Position numbers and translations under genes: made by a program. A DNA stretch of 64,000 nt. It comes from Hydrolagus colliei (taxonomy: Eukaryota). Under the pieces are notes generated by a model. It was not told the origin of the DNA and did no database searches. It saw nothing but the letters and a program-made list of their open reading frames with translations. How positions within the stretch are numbered: the first letter of the stretch is position 1; every line of letters starts with the position of its first letter. Positions 11,768 through 24,252 of the stretch are shown here, in pieces. The stretch spans positions 6,138,001 to 6,202,000 of the forward strand of contig CM068755.1 in NCBI GenBank assembly GCA_035084275.1, in the 5' to 3' direction.

Positions 11768-14137
11768 TCCTTGAACTTAATCCCTGTTTATCAACCAACT
11801 GAGGATGTTAAGTCCAGGTCCAGAACTTTGAAATTGATTTTGACTTTGGAGTTGGCGTAGTGCCTTTGGTATAGTGCCTTTCACGTTTGGGGGACATCCT
11901 CAGGCGGCAGGTTTTTGGCGGCCAAAGTAACAGTGGTGTTAGGGTTGTGATTGTCACAATGTTCTTATCTTCTTAGAACGCTGAACTATTGTCCAAGGGT
12001 CTTGACTTGGTATTGTCTGCATCAGTTCCAAGCTTGGTCCACACCCCTCTGTGCGAGCCATAAATATCTTCCGCTCAAGCTGTTGACATAAAATAAAAAG
12101 GTTTGAATAAATAATTCATGTCCCAGTTTCTCATCTTCAGCCTGTTTACCATTGTCGCCTGGTCTCTGAAATTCCTTTGTAGTCATTATTACTAAGTGAG
12201 ATGAAGTGCATAGTGTTCCTCAGCCGATCCTTTAGCTAGTTCTGGGTTGTTGATTGCCTTGTGTATGTGCAAGTAGAGTTTTGGATTATGCTGATGCTCA
12301 GTGAACCAGGATAGATAGTAGCTGCTAGCTTGTGCTGCTGTATGACTCCATTAGCTCACTTGCTGTCTACTGGCTCGCAGTAACATAATTTGACGTGCCC
12401 ACTCAACTGTAAAGTTGGAAGCGGCGAGAGATGGCAAAGCTAGCTGCAACTCTCGAGCAGTGGAAAGGGATCCTAACCTTAAGAGGAAGCTGCGTAAAGA
12501 TAAGGATGCATTGCTCAGTCTTGCAGTTGAATTATGGGTTGCTCTGTGTTTGTGGGTATAGTTAACTTGGAACGAGCCAGGTATGGTGGTACATTCCAAA
12601 TGCTGAGTGTAGGTCTGATTGAATAAATGTGTTGCAGCGATTGCCTGCGGGTCAGAAAACCAGCTCATCTCGATCTCTACTCACTGGTGGATTTGTGTTC
12701 TCTAGTAAGTACAATATTGCTCAGGCTGAGGATTCTGAGGAGATGTTCCAGGAGGACTTCTAGTTCTGTGATCAGGTTCCAGCACAGACAGAGGGTGAGA
12801 GGACAGGCCCCCTGGGAAGAGTGGACATGGAAAGATAGCAGCGGAGAATGTATAATCTGTCATGCACTATGGAAACCAAGAAGTGAGTGGTATAAGAGGA
12901 CGTGCAAGAGAGTAGGAATATGTGGAGATGGGAAGAAGGGAAGCATGGATGGCTTAGTAGGGGAGAGGATATTGGCTGAGAGATAATAATAATCCTTGTA
13001 TTTGATATAGCGCTTAATCATATCGTTAAGAGGTCTCAAAGCGCTTCACAGGTGGAATGATTGTGAATTTTGTAGGGGAATGAGTTGCTGTATAGGTGTG
13101 ATGTGTGGTATATCCTAAAAAAATTGAAAAGTCTATTCCATGGCATGGAAAAAAAAAGGTGGTGATAATCAGCTGTAGTTTTCTGAGCAAGATACTTTAT
13201 CCTGGCTTTGGATACAGAGATGATATATTTGTTCCTCCTCCAATTCTAACATCTAGGTGGCTGTTCTTGGCAGGCAGATGAATAGAGATTTGTCCCTAGA
13301 AACGTTTGAAACTTAATGGCAGCCGTCTTGAATATCATCAGTTGTCACTATGCAGTGTTCTTGTGCAGTGTGAAAATCTGGGACAAGACGATCCATTCAC
13401 AGTGTGTAGCATCACTGAAATTCAAACGTTCGATACAGTCACGTTAATCAGTAAATTTGATCCAGTTAAAATCGCTGCTTGAGATGAGGCGATTAAACAA
13501 AAGTCTGGGTTTGAGAGCGACAATATGTAACTGTAAGCACATTGTCAGTGGCAGTGCCCAGAACACCCTCTGATACAAGGCATCTTTTATTCACTCTCTA
13601 AAACTGTTCTAATTGGTGCTGAACAGATTTGTGGAATGTCCAGCATTTATGTCCCTATTGGGAGAAGTTTTTTTGGGGGATTGCATGTTTTGGGAGAGCT
13701 TCCTTTTGGCATTTTCTGACGAGAGCATCCTGTTGAGACTGAATAACAGTGTCTGGTGAGGGTGCCCTGTTGAGTTTGCCATGGTTAAACTCTGGGATTC
13801 ATTGAATTGCGACACTATTTGGCACAGTGGGAACTTGCCCACCTTATTCGGTTCTCTATACAAATTTTGCCCACAAAATGTACAGTTAATTTGCTTTACA
13901 GTGTATTCAGTGAAGTGCTTTTAGATGTCTCAGCGACCTGAAAGGCATTCTATCAAATGTAAGGATTATTATCATTAGGAATCGCAGCCAACAAGCAGAA
14001 TGTGATTTGTGATGCTCTCACATTTGCACTTATTTATTGCACTCAGCATCTTCAGTTGCTGAGTGCAATTGGATAGTTACTAATTCCAATTAAAAGAAGT
14101 TGTTTCTCTGGGCTTCCCTGGGTTAAAGAGGGTTTAC

Positions 14138-14600
14138 ATAGGAACAGGAGTCGGCCATTCAGCCCCTCAAGTCTGTTCTGCCATTCTATTAGATCATGGC
14201 TGATCTATACCTCAACCCCAATTACCTGCCTTTGCAGGTAATATATATAATAATAATCCTTGCATTTGATATAGCGCTTTTCACATCTTATCAACATCCC
14301 AAAGCGCTTCACAGAATATACTGTAAAGTCAATTGACTGTATATTTGTGGGCGAATCGCGGAAGCCAATTGCGCACAGCAGTGTCCCACAAACAGCCGTG
14401 GATTGAAATGACCAATTTTATTATTGTTCTTTTTGAGGGATTATTTTTTCCCATGTCCCTTGATACCCATAGCTACCAAACGTTTATCCACCTCGGTCTT
14501 GAAAATTTGAATGGATCCAGCATCCATCGCCTATTGAGATATGGGGGTGGGAGGGGGGGGGGGGGGGGGGGGGAGAGAGTTCCAGATTTCCACTAATCTT
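14138..14600 (-). mobile_element. CR1 3' end interrupted by a reverse SINE (about 14249-14445)
   Basis: acataggaacaggagtcggccattcagcccctc... (related copy at 36510-36650) breaks at about 14235 and resumes at ccatgtcccttgatacc...gagagttccagatttccact after the SINE. Confidence 0.75.
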
Positions 14601-16344
14601 CACCTATCAGGCTTTCTGATCCTGGTGCCTCTTCAATGGCCTCCACTTGTGTGTTTGTGCAGCAGCGCAATGAGGAGAGGTCAGGCTTGACTGTGATGCC
14701 CTGGACCATGGCTCACACCTGAGTAAAGGCCATTTGGGCGGAGTACAAGAGGGCAACCAGTGGCAGCCGAATTGCACAACAGAAGGAGGAAGCGAGTGAC
14801 TGAGGATGGAGACATATGCCAATAGGCAGAAAAAATTAGAAAAATAATTGGACGCTAAATTTATTTTTTAAAAAGCCACTCCTGCAGGCTTATGCAAAGA
14901 ACTGGCAGGTGAGAGCTGCCAGTCAGCAGAGAGTGTGTATGAATCCTCTAGTCTTCCTTTTTATTGTAATGAGAATCAGCATGCCGTCTCCCGTGCTGCT
15001 AATTAGAATCTGTGCTTCAGCGGGCGGTGAGGCAGCACGAGCAGTTTGGTGCTGTACGGGGGCTCCAAGTGGCTGACGGCAACCTGCCACTGTACAGGTG
15101 TCTCATTTATCTCTGCCTATTTTTCGCACAGTGGAATCACCAGCGAGCGAGGGTTTGCTGCAAAAAGGAGCCGCGATAATGCAGCATTGAATATTCAGCA
15201 TTAAGGAGCTCAGGCTTGTCTGGCACTGATCTGGAGGAAGGAGGGAAGCCACATGTCTGGCATCTAGCTGGTGGGGTGCCTGTAGCCGTGGCCTCGAGGC
15301 AGCTATTGAAAAAGTGGACGTTCCAGATAACCTAAGTCAGGGTCAGCAGATCAGGGTTATTATTGAACAATGTGGCTCAGGCTTTACTGTGTACCTAACT
15401 CCATGCTTGTTCTGTCAGGCCATTTGATACAATACGACATCAATTCCCAATTCAGAATTAATGCAGGGTAGTGAGTCCACCAGCCTGGTGCTGCACTATT
15501 TATGCCCAGCACACAAGGCACAGCATATCCTGTGCTTTGTGTAGACATATATGACTACATGTGTTGGTGGCAGTATATAGAATAGAGTTTGTGTTCAATG
15601 TAAAAGCCTAGACATGGCTTCTTATTGGGGAAGAGAGCTGAACTGCTTTGTGACAATGCAGTGGCTCCTTGCTCCTTTTAAGGTGTGGCCATTTGACCTC
15701 GGAGGCACTGTGCTGCTGCGTGGCATATGCATGTTATTACTTGGTCGTTACTAGTGGTGTGGCTTGGCACAGAGTCTGAGGGGTGCGATGGTTGGTGCCG
15801 CCCAGTGGTAAATTAGGTTGTTTTTAGAGTGTGTTATCGCTTGCCGTTTGCTGCAGCAGCAGGAGGCTATTGGAAAACCATGGCTCCCACTGGGAATTGC
15901 CAATGGATGTGGGAGGAAATATTGCTGCAATGCTTCCTGTTTTTTTTGCAATAAATCCATCATTATGAATGGAGAGTGCGCGTGCGGAGCGGAAGTGTGT
16001 ATTGAGCGCAGCACGCGGGCGGACCAGTGAACCTGACCTTCACTATCTCCTGAAGCTATTGGCATCAATCCGCCTTCAGCCGCTACGCCTTCAACAGATT
16101 GTATTTGCTGCTTCCGCTGCTTCAACGAACACAACATTGTAATCAAACAATGGAAGGTGAAGCCCTTACAACGAATCCAACTTGGAAAAATGTTGTGCAA
16201 TGGCAAAATTAGCTTTTCGCAGCTCGGCTTCTGAAGTCAGTGGGGAAATTGCCTTTTTCTTACAAAATCCGGCCCCAAAAAAGGTTGTAAACTTCTTTAT
16301 TTATACAATTTGAGCTCCTCGTTTTTCACTCTCCGTTTGGCTTC

Positions 16345-16660
16345 AGTCAAATCCCTGCGCTGTGCTGAGTTAGTTCATGCCAGTGGGAGAGCAGTAGCAT
16401 CACTTTATTTGGCCGTAGTGCCCCTGGGCTAGGTTGAGGAAAATGAGTCAGGCTTCCTGCCTCAGTGACCTCTGCTAGACTGTACATGTGTGGATATGAG
16501 GTGAGGACAGGATTAGACTTGGCTGTGATACCCCCCACGGTTAATACCCTGTCAACACTCATTATCTGGGCTCACAAGTGAAAATTGACTGTGGGTGCAG
16601 TCGCAGAGAGAGACTGTTTTCCTGTGGAACAAATCAGTGCTTTCAGCAGAAGAGAAAATG
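16345..16660 (+). mobile_element. Ancient SINE-like interspersed repeat, family unassigned
   Basis: gtgaggacaggattagacttggctgtgatacccc...ggctcaca has a diverged partial copy at about 14670-14770. Confidence 0.45.
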
Positions 16661-19600
16661 GTTGGAAAAACATTGGTCAGTTCCTTTTTTAAGGGTAGAT
16701 CTGATTCATTTTTCAGACCCTGAATAGGTGCTGCAACTTTGGCCTTTAAGCTATAACTGCCACATCTGTCTGCAGCCTTGCTGGTAAATCCTTTGATTCG
16801 ATGGATTTTCTTTAACTCCTTTTCTAGTCTTTGTGCCTTTTACTGTTGCACTTTATAGAACCGAGGGCTTTACGTTGGCAAAGCGCCCTGGCCATGTGTA
16901 ATTACACTGTGTGCTGCTGTGCTCGGTAATGGTGGAGCTCATTTAGCTCTGGAGCTGCAGACCCACAGGGCTGCAAGGAGCACTGTGCACAGAGGCAGCC
17001 GCTTCAAGCCTTAACTCCTCACTGCTGCCAATAACAAGTTGCAAAAACAATGAGTTTTATCTAAAGAGACCGGTGTCAAATTCCCTCTGGAGAGCGATGG
17101 AGATGCTGCCAGGGTGCTTATAGATTGGTGTCTCGCCTAATGTGCGATTGTGGAGGGGTCTTCATCTGCTAATTTCCATAAATAGATAACAGATAATGCA
17201 GAAACATTTTCACTCCTTTCACTCCTCTCACACTATCTCTCCTTCTCTCGCCAGCTTGCTCTCTCGCCAGCCCGCACACCCTTTTCTGGTTCTTTGTTGT
17301 TTCTTTATTCCAAGACTTTCTGTTCCAACACTGCGTTCATGTAAAGGAAGGTACAGAGCTCCAGTTTCTTACATTCACTCTGGTTCCTGATGCACATCCC
17401 CGCAATCTGCCCTTCATTGGAAGTGCTCGACTCCGAAGGGTTGTTATGAGGGTGGAGTGTGTTTAATTATAAGTGTGTGACACGACCTCCCTGTGAAAAC
17501 ATGGCATGTTGAAGAAGCTATTAGGTCACTTTTGTAATGTACTGAGCACTTTCATTAAGGAGCTGTTTTAATATAATTAGTGCTAACTGCATTCATCAAT
17601 TCTTATCTGTGTCTGTTGTGCCAATGAGGTGACTGGTGCATATGCGTCGCCCTTCCCCCCACTGGAAAAGTGAATTTTAATGACAGGACTCTGTGGTAAT
17701 AAAATTCATCCATTAGTGATGAATTGAAGTGTACTCCTCTCCAGTCACAGGAGCGCCTTGCAGCCAACCCAGCATTCTGTGAGTGAACTGCTACACCATA
17801 TTACGCTGTGTAAACAGACACGCACCGAGGTCACCGCCCTGATCACCGAGTACTGAACTGACCAAGTGGCAGTTCTGGCACAAAGAGATGGTCATTGCGA
17901 GCGCAAGCTGGTAGTACACAAGTGTGCACAGTCAATTGCTATGTGAAATCACAGCCCCAGATTATCTGCAAACCTCGGCACACTGTGAGTTCAGTCTGCC
18001 CTTTGAGCAGTTTAACCTTACCCTGAAATATCCCGAGGCAGTGAGGCAGATGAATTTTGAGGGAAGATGTTTGTAATGTAAGATTGATTTTGGGTGAGCA
18101 AATCTCTGACAAGTTATGTGTATGCAGAGATATGACCACGGGCCTTAGATTATTTCCTTGAACATTGGAAAAACCCCTGCAATGAATCCGGCAGCACCTG
18201 ATCAACAACAAGTACATTTTGTCTGTCTGGGGTTGTATCAATCACACTATACAGACAGTCTGATATCTGCTACTGTGAGGAAATTCCCTTTCCATCAATG
18301 TAACATGTCAAACCTTGGGATCTTTAACTGCTTTTTAGGTTAGCGTTCGGGTCGGGGAGGAAGGAGTGTTCAAGCATGGCGGGTAGCACTCACGACAACT
18401 CAATCTGCACAGAAATCATTCTTAACTGCCTGACCCTCCTGTATGGGAAATGTGTGATAGCAGTATTGTATTGTGTTATGTTCGGTCGACCGTGCCTTCG
18501 GTTAGCTGCTCTCCCTTTCAAGCTCGGGGTCAAGCCACGCCACTGTGAAGCGCTCCAAAATGCTATCCGCTTGAAGGCCGCTCTATTAATACTTCTTGTT
18601 GTGCTTTCCCGTTATCTCGGGCAGGGAGCAGACATTTCGGCTGCATTTTCACAGCTCAGTTTGGATTCCCCTTTTTTGATTGTGAACTGTACCTGTGTCT
18701 CCTTTGATCATCTTCTGTCCTATTCTCCTGCCAATCGTCAGTTCCTCTGCGTTTAATTCTTCTTCCTCATTTGATGGTCATAATAGAATGGTCTTTAAGA
18801 CCTGACATTTTTACGTGCTTCAATTTCTCAGTAGGTGTTAAAATTAGGCCCTATGTTGAGACGTGAGTTCAAAGTCAAGCCTGACAGTACAGTGTTTTTC
18901 TTTGCGATGGTAGGGGTGAGAGGATACTCCGGTTGGAGATGTGATTAATCAAAATCCCTTCTGCTGTTCTTCAGGTAGACGTTAAAGATTTCATGACACA
19001 ATTGGGAAGAGAAATTAGATTCTCACGGTTTCTAGGCCAAAAATCTTCAAGATTAATTGCTTATTCACGCAGGGGATCTTGCTGTAAGCAACATAGCTGC
19101 TGTGTTTGCCTACAAATACAGTCACTAGACCTGACAGTAATTTGTGTGTGTATTTTGAGATGTTTTGACATTGTCGGTGAAATAAAAGTACAAATTATTT
19201 TATGCTCATGATTGGATACATCCCTGAATTTCTTTTTACAGGATTTATTGGATATCATGTTAGCTGAATACGATAGGAATTTGTCCTGTGTATTCACGAG
19301 TTTGCTTGTTTGCTGGGGTGAGCCTTGTGTTTGTGAGATGGGTGATAGTTGAATGTAAGCTTTAACAATAAACATTAAACTGGTGATCAAACACGATGGC
19401 AATTATATTTCGGTGCTATATTCTTTATCTATGATGCTGCAGCCATAGAGCACTGTGTGCAATTCCGATCCATTCTAAGCTGGGTCAGAGAGGTATAACA
19501 GTGATTAAATTACCGTTAATATTATGGATATTTATTGTTCTCCTCTTGGAAATGTAGCTCTGTACACAGCATATGCGCAGGAGTTTACACTAGGGGCTGG

Positions 19601-20199
19601 CTTGGTGGGAGGTTAATGTAGTATCCGTCTGTTGATCTGATGCTTAGAGAAGTAGATTGAGATGGAACATGATTACTTGGTTTCAATCTATCGAAAGGCA
19701 CCTGCTGCAGTTACCCTGGTCTAGATTCTGTCATAAAAGAAAGAGGGGCTTTGCTATATGCAAAATGCCAATTAATTTACTTGCAAATAATTGCCACACT
19801 TGAGAACAATTTTCCTGTCAAGCACTTAGTTGTTTCTTCATTATAGGTCCCATAACAAAGGCATGGATTATTATATTACAGTCTATCTGAGGCTCCCTGC
19901 TAGTCGCCTGTATAGATGGTGTAATAGTCTCTTGCTGGGTAAACTATACTCTTATTTAAATGTGCCTTTTGGTGAAGTGTAATGCAATGCCCTATGTTCT
20001 CGAGAGCTCAGTGACTGTCGTACAGTGTTCCTTTCACTCTCTCTCTCTGTGCAACATCTATCCTCATTGTGGAACACAGGGCTCTGTGTTCTCTCTCTTT
20101 CTGACAATGCAAGGCTGTCCAGTTTAGGGTCTTGTTCTCTTACTTAGTCTCTTAATGCAAAACTGTACAATGCAAGATTTTATGTATACTCTTTATGCC

Positions 20200-20371
20200 T
20201 GTCTCTCGGTCTTTGTGTATGTTCTCTCTCCGTGCTTGTGTGTGTCTATCTCACTACCCGTCTATCTTTGTCTCTTTCTCCCTCCCTCTCTCTCTCTCTT
20301 TCTCTGTCTGTCTTTGTCTTTCTATGTGTGTTTTGTCTCTTGGTCATGCTCCTGTCAGTCTTGTGCTTTAG

Positions 20372-20402
<31 letters not shown>

Positions 20403-20460
20403 CACACGCTTTCTTTCTCATTCCCACTTGGCCACATTCTCTCTCTCTCTCTCGGTTGAG
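20200..20460. repeat. (CT)n-rich low-complexity tract
   Basis: Perfect (CT)n at about 20372-20399 within degenerate CT/GT sequence. Confidence 0.85.
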
Positions 20461-23400
20461 CTTTCTCTGTTGGTCACACATAGGTGCAGGCTATATCGCT
20501 CAGTTGCCCGTGAGCGTCTCTCTTTCACACTCGCTTCCTCCTTCTTTGCGCTCTTTCTCAGGTTCGCTCATGCTGTCTCGTCACACTCGCGCATGCTAGC
20601 CTCATAAAATCTGCCTCTATCCCTTTGCCTCACGCCCTCTTCATCTTTAAATCCTACCTGAAAATCTACTACTTTGACTGCATCACTTTCCCCTCCCGCT
20701 TCTCGCTCAGCGTCCAACTTCCCCGCGTACTTCCGAGATGTAATCCTATGTGAAGGACGCTGTATAAATTTAAGTTGTATTTGTAACCTTCTGTTTCTAT
20801 GTACGTCTATGCTTTCCTTACCTGCTGTCTTGATTATTCCAATGCTGTCCTCGTCCCTAGCTCCTCTTCCCACAAAATCCTATTAATTCAAACTCTGCCA
20901 CCCATACACTTGCCCGCATCAAACACAATACGTTCCATTGGCAACCTGACAATGTTACCTAGGGTCATTTCCCTCCTTTCCCCGGCCACTGTTAAGTGTT
21001 CCAAGACCCTACCCCGCGTGAAGCGGGCTTTTTAATAGCAAGTTGTTGTAAGCATTAAAATTACTGCTAAGTGAAAAATAACTCTTTATGCACTTCTACT
21101 GATGTTTATCCATCTGCCTTGTACTCCCAGGTTTGATGGCTTCCCCCAGGTGGCACTCTGTTACTGACAATAACGCTGACATTACTTTGTACCCCCCACC
21201 GACCACCGCATTGTTCAGTTCAGTTTATCCTCCCAACCAGCGCCATGTTACCGACCATATCAATATTAACAATACTCCATCTTACTTGCACTCTCTGGCC
21301 AGCACCCAGTTTTACTGGCTGTCTAGTGATAATTCAGCTCCCTTGCATTGTTGCTCAGCAACTGTCCCAAGACAGATGATAAGATGTTGTATGATTAGAA
21401 TCCTTTTTGTTTTTGAAATCAGCAGGAGCAGACATTAAGTGAAAGGATGTAAGAACATGATGGGTAGGCTTCCCCTTTTAAAGTTAATTTGCAGCAGTAT
21501 CGTTTTTGAAATACGGGGAATTAAACGGTTTCGAGGCGATGATAAGCAAACCAAGGACCTTCCAAGGCTAAACAACATCTCCAAGCTTTGACTGACAGAA
21601 CAAAGAGCTGCAGTTTCCAATAAGAGCTGCCCATGCTCACATTACCTCGATCAGAGAGTGACGTGCTTCTCAGAGCATTCCTGACAACCTTCAATAGATC
21701 CTGCCAGTCCTGTCCATCATTTGTTTCATGTGCGGTTTCCTGACCCAATCAGCAATACCGTGCATCAGGCGGCACCCAGTAATGCTACAGCTTCACAGGG
21801 AAGCTTGTGAATAGCCGGTACTCTGCTGCTTCATCACGATTCTTGTGTCGAGGACCCTTCTCATTGTGCATCTTCCATCCATAATATAACCACAGTCTTT
21901 TGCCCAACGTGCCAGTTCCACGTTTAAGTAGGATACCACAAAACACTAATTCGCATGTTGTTTAGCATCCCAGGCCCAAACAGCACACTCCAGATTATTA
22001 AAATTGGCAAGATGGTGCTGGCGAATGCTGAACAGGATAGCTTCAGTTTTATTGATATTCAGCTGAAGGAAATTAATGCTCATTCAGATCCGACAGTCAT
22101 TTGGTTAGTTCAACAACCATCCTAGTATCAAAAACCACCAATGATTTGCATTTATATTGTGCCCTTATTGAGGGTTAGAGTCACGAGCATTTAACCATGG
22201 CAGAGCTTGACACCGAGCCAGGGGGATAGGGGGAAAATAACCTTAGGCATAGACAAAGAGGAATGTCTTCACTTGTGATTTGAAGACTGAGAAGAAGAAA
22301 GGAAGGGGTGGAGCCAATGGCAAGAAGTGGAGTGTTGCGGTTACAGAGTTTGGTGTGTGTTTGTGTGAGGATACGGGCAGTGAAGCTTTGCATTAACTAG
22401 ATTGTTTGAATGGTGGAGCTGTGGAGACCGCTGAAGTTGTAATAATCAAGGTCGTAGGGGTATTGATGTTGGGTAGCAAGTACCTTCAATAAATGCTGTG
22501 GAGTCTTATAGCAGCTCTGAAAATGTCTTGGGGCAAATCATCACTGCATCAACTTTTCCTCCTCCTCAATCTCTTGATGAAATCTAGTATTCATGTCTTG
22601 AAGAGAGCATCTAGGAGTCTGAGCTTTGAGACATTGGGTAGGACACGACTGAAGAAATCTTTTTGTGAAGGTGCATGCGAAAGTTACTTAACAACCTCTT
22701 GTAATCTTAGGGATGCCAGGCTAGAGCTCCATAATAGGAGTGTGCAATATGGGAACTAGGTTAAACTGAAGGAGATTGATGTACTGAGGGTACTTGCAGC
22801 CACAAACAATATCTTGTGCAATATTTTATGGTGAAATGGTACAACAGTGGCACCATTTTAACGGTGATAGCAATACTCTTTATTGTACTTTAGTGCACGT
22901 GTGTGGTGGACAAATATGGCAGTTAATCTACGCTAACAATGTCCCACATTGACAGTGAGGTTAATCTGATTTTGTTTAGTGAATTTTGATGATGGAAAGA
23001 CTCCCTACCATGGAAATCTGTAATGTCCACCTGAGCAGGCGGCTTGGTTTAATGTTGCATCTGAAGAACACGTCTGACATTGCAGCACTCTGTACTTACT
23101 GGAATGGGAGCTCGAGTTTCACCGTTGGACTGAAATATCAAGGCACAAGAATTGGATTCTGTTCTTGTGTTGTCTTCCTTGCTTCTTGTGTTCAGTGTCA
23201 CCTCACTCTGAGCTGCTTTGTGTTCAGCTGCTTGCTCTGGGACAGGAGCTTGACCCGTTTCTTGGCGTCACACCAGTTGACTTGACCTGCAAGCTTTGCG
23301 TTAAAAGTTGTGCCAAAATGGCACAAGCAAGCCGCAGGGTGTCAGTACGCTGGGTTTGCAAACGGGAAGTGGGTGGTGCTCTTTGTGCCAGCTCGGAACA

Positions 23401-23934
23401 GCTCCTCAGTGTTAGTGCCAATTGAGAAAGGTAGTGGGATCTGGTAAAAAAAAAATCCCTGTGTGTGGTTTGTGAGCAGACACCTAGAGCCCCATCTCAG
23501 CCGTACTTCTTGCCACCCGTGGCAGTGAGTGATTAGGCACCCGTGTAAAATGTTTCATTTCCGACGAGTATAAAACCCCAAAGCATGTCAAGCTTGTGGG
23601 TCAAGTCAGCTGGTGTGAGGAGAGGTGATATTTGTGTAACTCAAAACCACACCATATGGCAGGTTTGGATGTGGCACGAACACAGCACATGCAGTGTAGA
23701 GAACTAACAATCTTAACTGCCTGTTTTCTTTACAGTTCAAGGGGATGTGGATAAAGATGTCATTCTGTTATGTGTGCTATTTTCCTATTCAGCAATCTCA
23801 TTTTTTTTTAAATAGAAAAACACACAGGAGTAATGATCAGTCCCAGCACCTGCTCTGTTTGTCATGCCAGCTGTTGTTACAGAAATATTAATGTACTTTC
23901 AAATCTAATGGTGATTTTTGTCATGTCTCCACAG

Positions 23935-24252
23935 AGTCTGTCGTCAGGACGTTCACCCCTTTCTACTTCACTGCACAACCAGCAGACACACTTACGATCC
24001 GAGGATCCTCCGTTATACTGAACTGTTCAGTCTTCACTGAACCCTCTGTCAAGATCGAATGGAAAAAAGATGGAACTTTCCTCAATCTGGTGTCCGATGA
24101 ACGGCGGGAGGTGCTGCCGGACGGTTCCTTGTTGATACGGAATGTGGTGCATTCGAAGAACCATAAACCTGACGAGGGATTTTATCAGTGTGTTGCCACC
24201 ATTGATAGTCTGGGAACCATTGTCAGCAGAATAGCCAGGATGACTGTGTCAG
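23935..24252 (+). CDS. NEO1: NEO1 exon 2 (318 bp), Ig1
   Basis: ctccacag|AG ... TCAG|gtacat; encodes [31 protein letters not shown]...[26 protein letters not shown]...[29 protein letters not shown]. Confidence 0.95.

Noticed and set aside
20155-20607. 150-aa Leu/Ser-rich ORF
   Set aside because: Translation of (CT)n low-complexity sequence.
1-23934. NEO1 exon 1 or a separate gene upstream of exon 2
   Set aside because: I found no signal-peptide exon, CpG-island promoter or ORF with a recognisable domain, so this is treated as intron 1. A small non-coding exon cannot be excluded.
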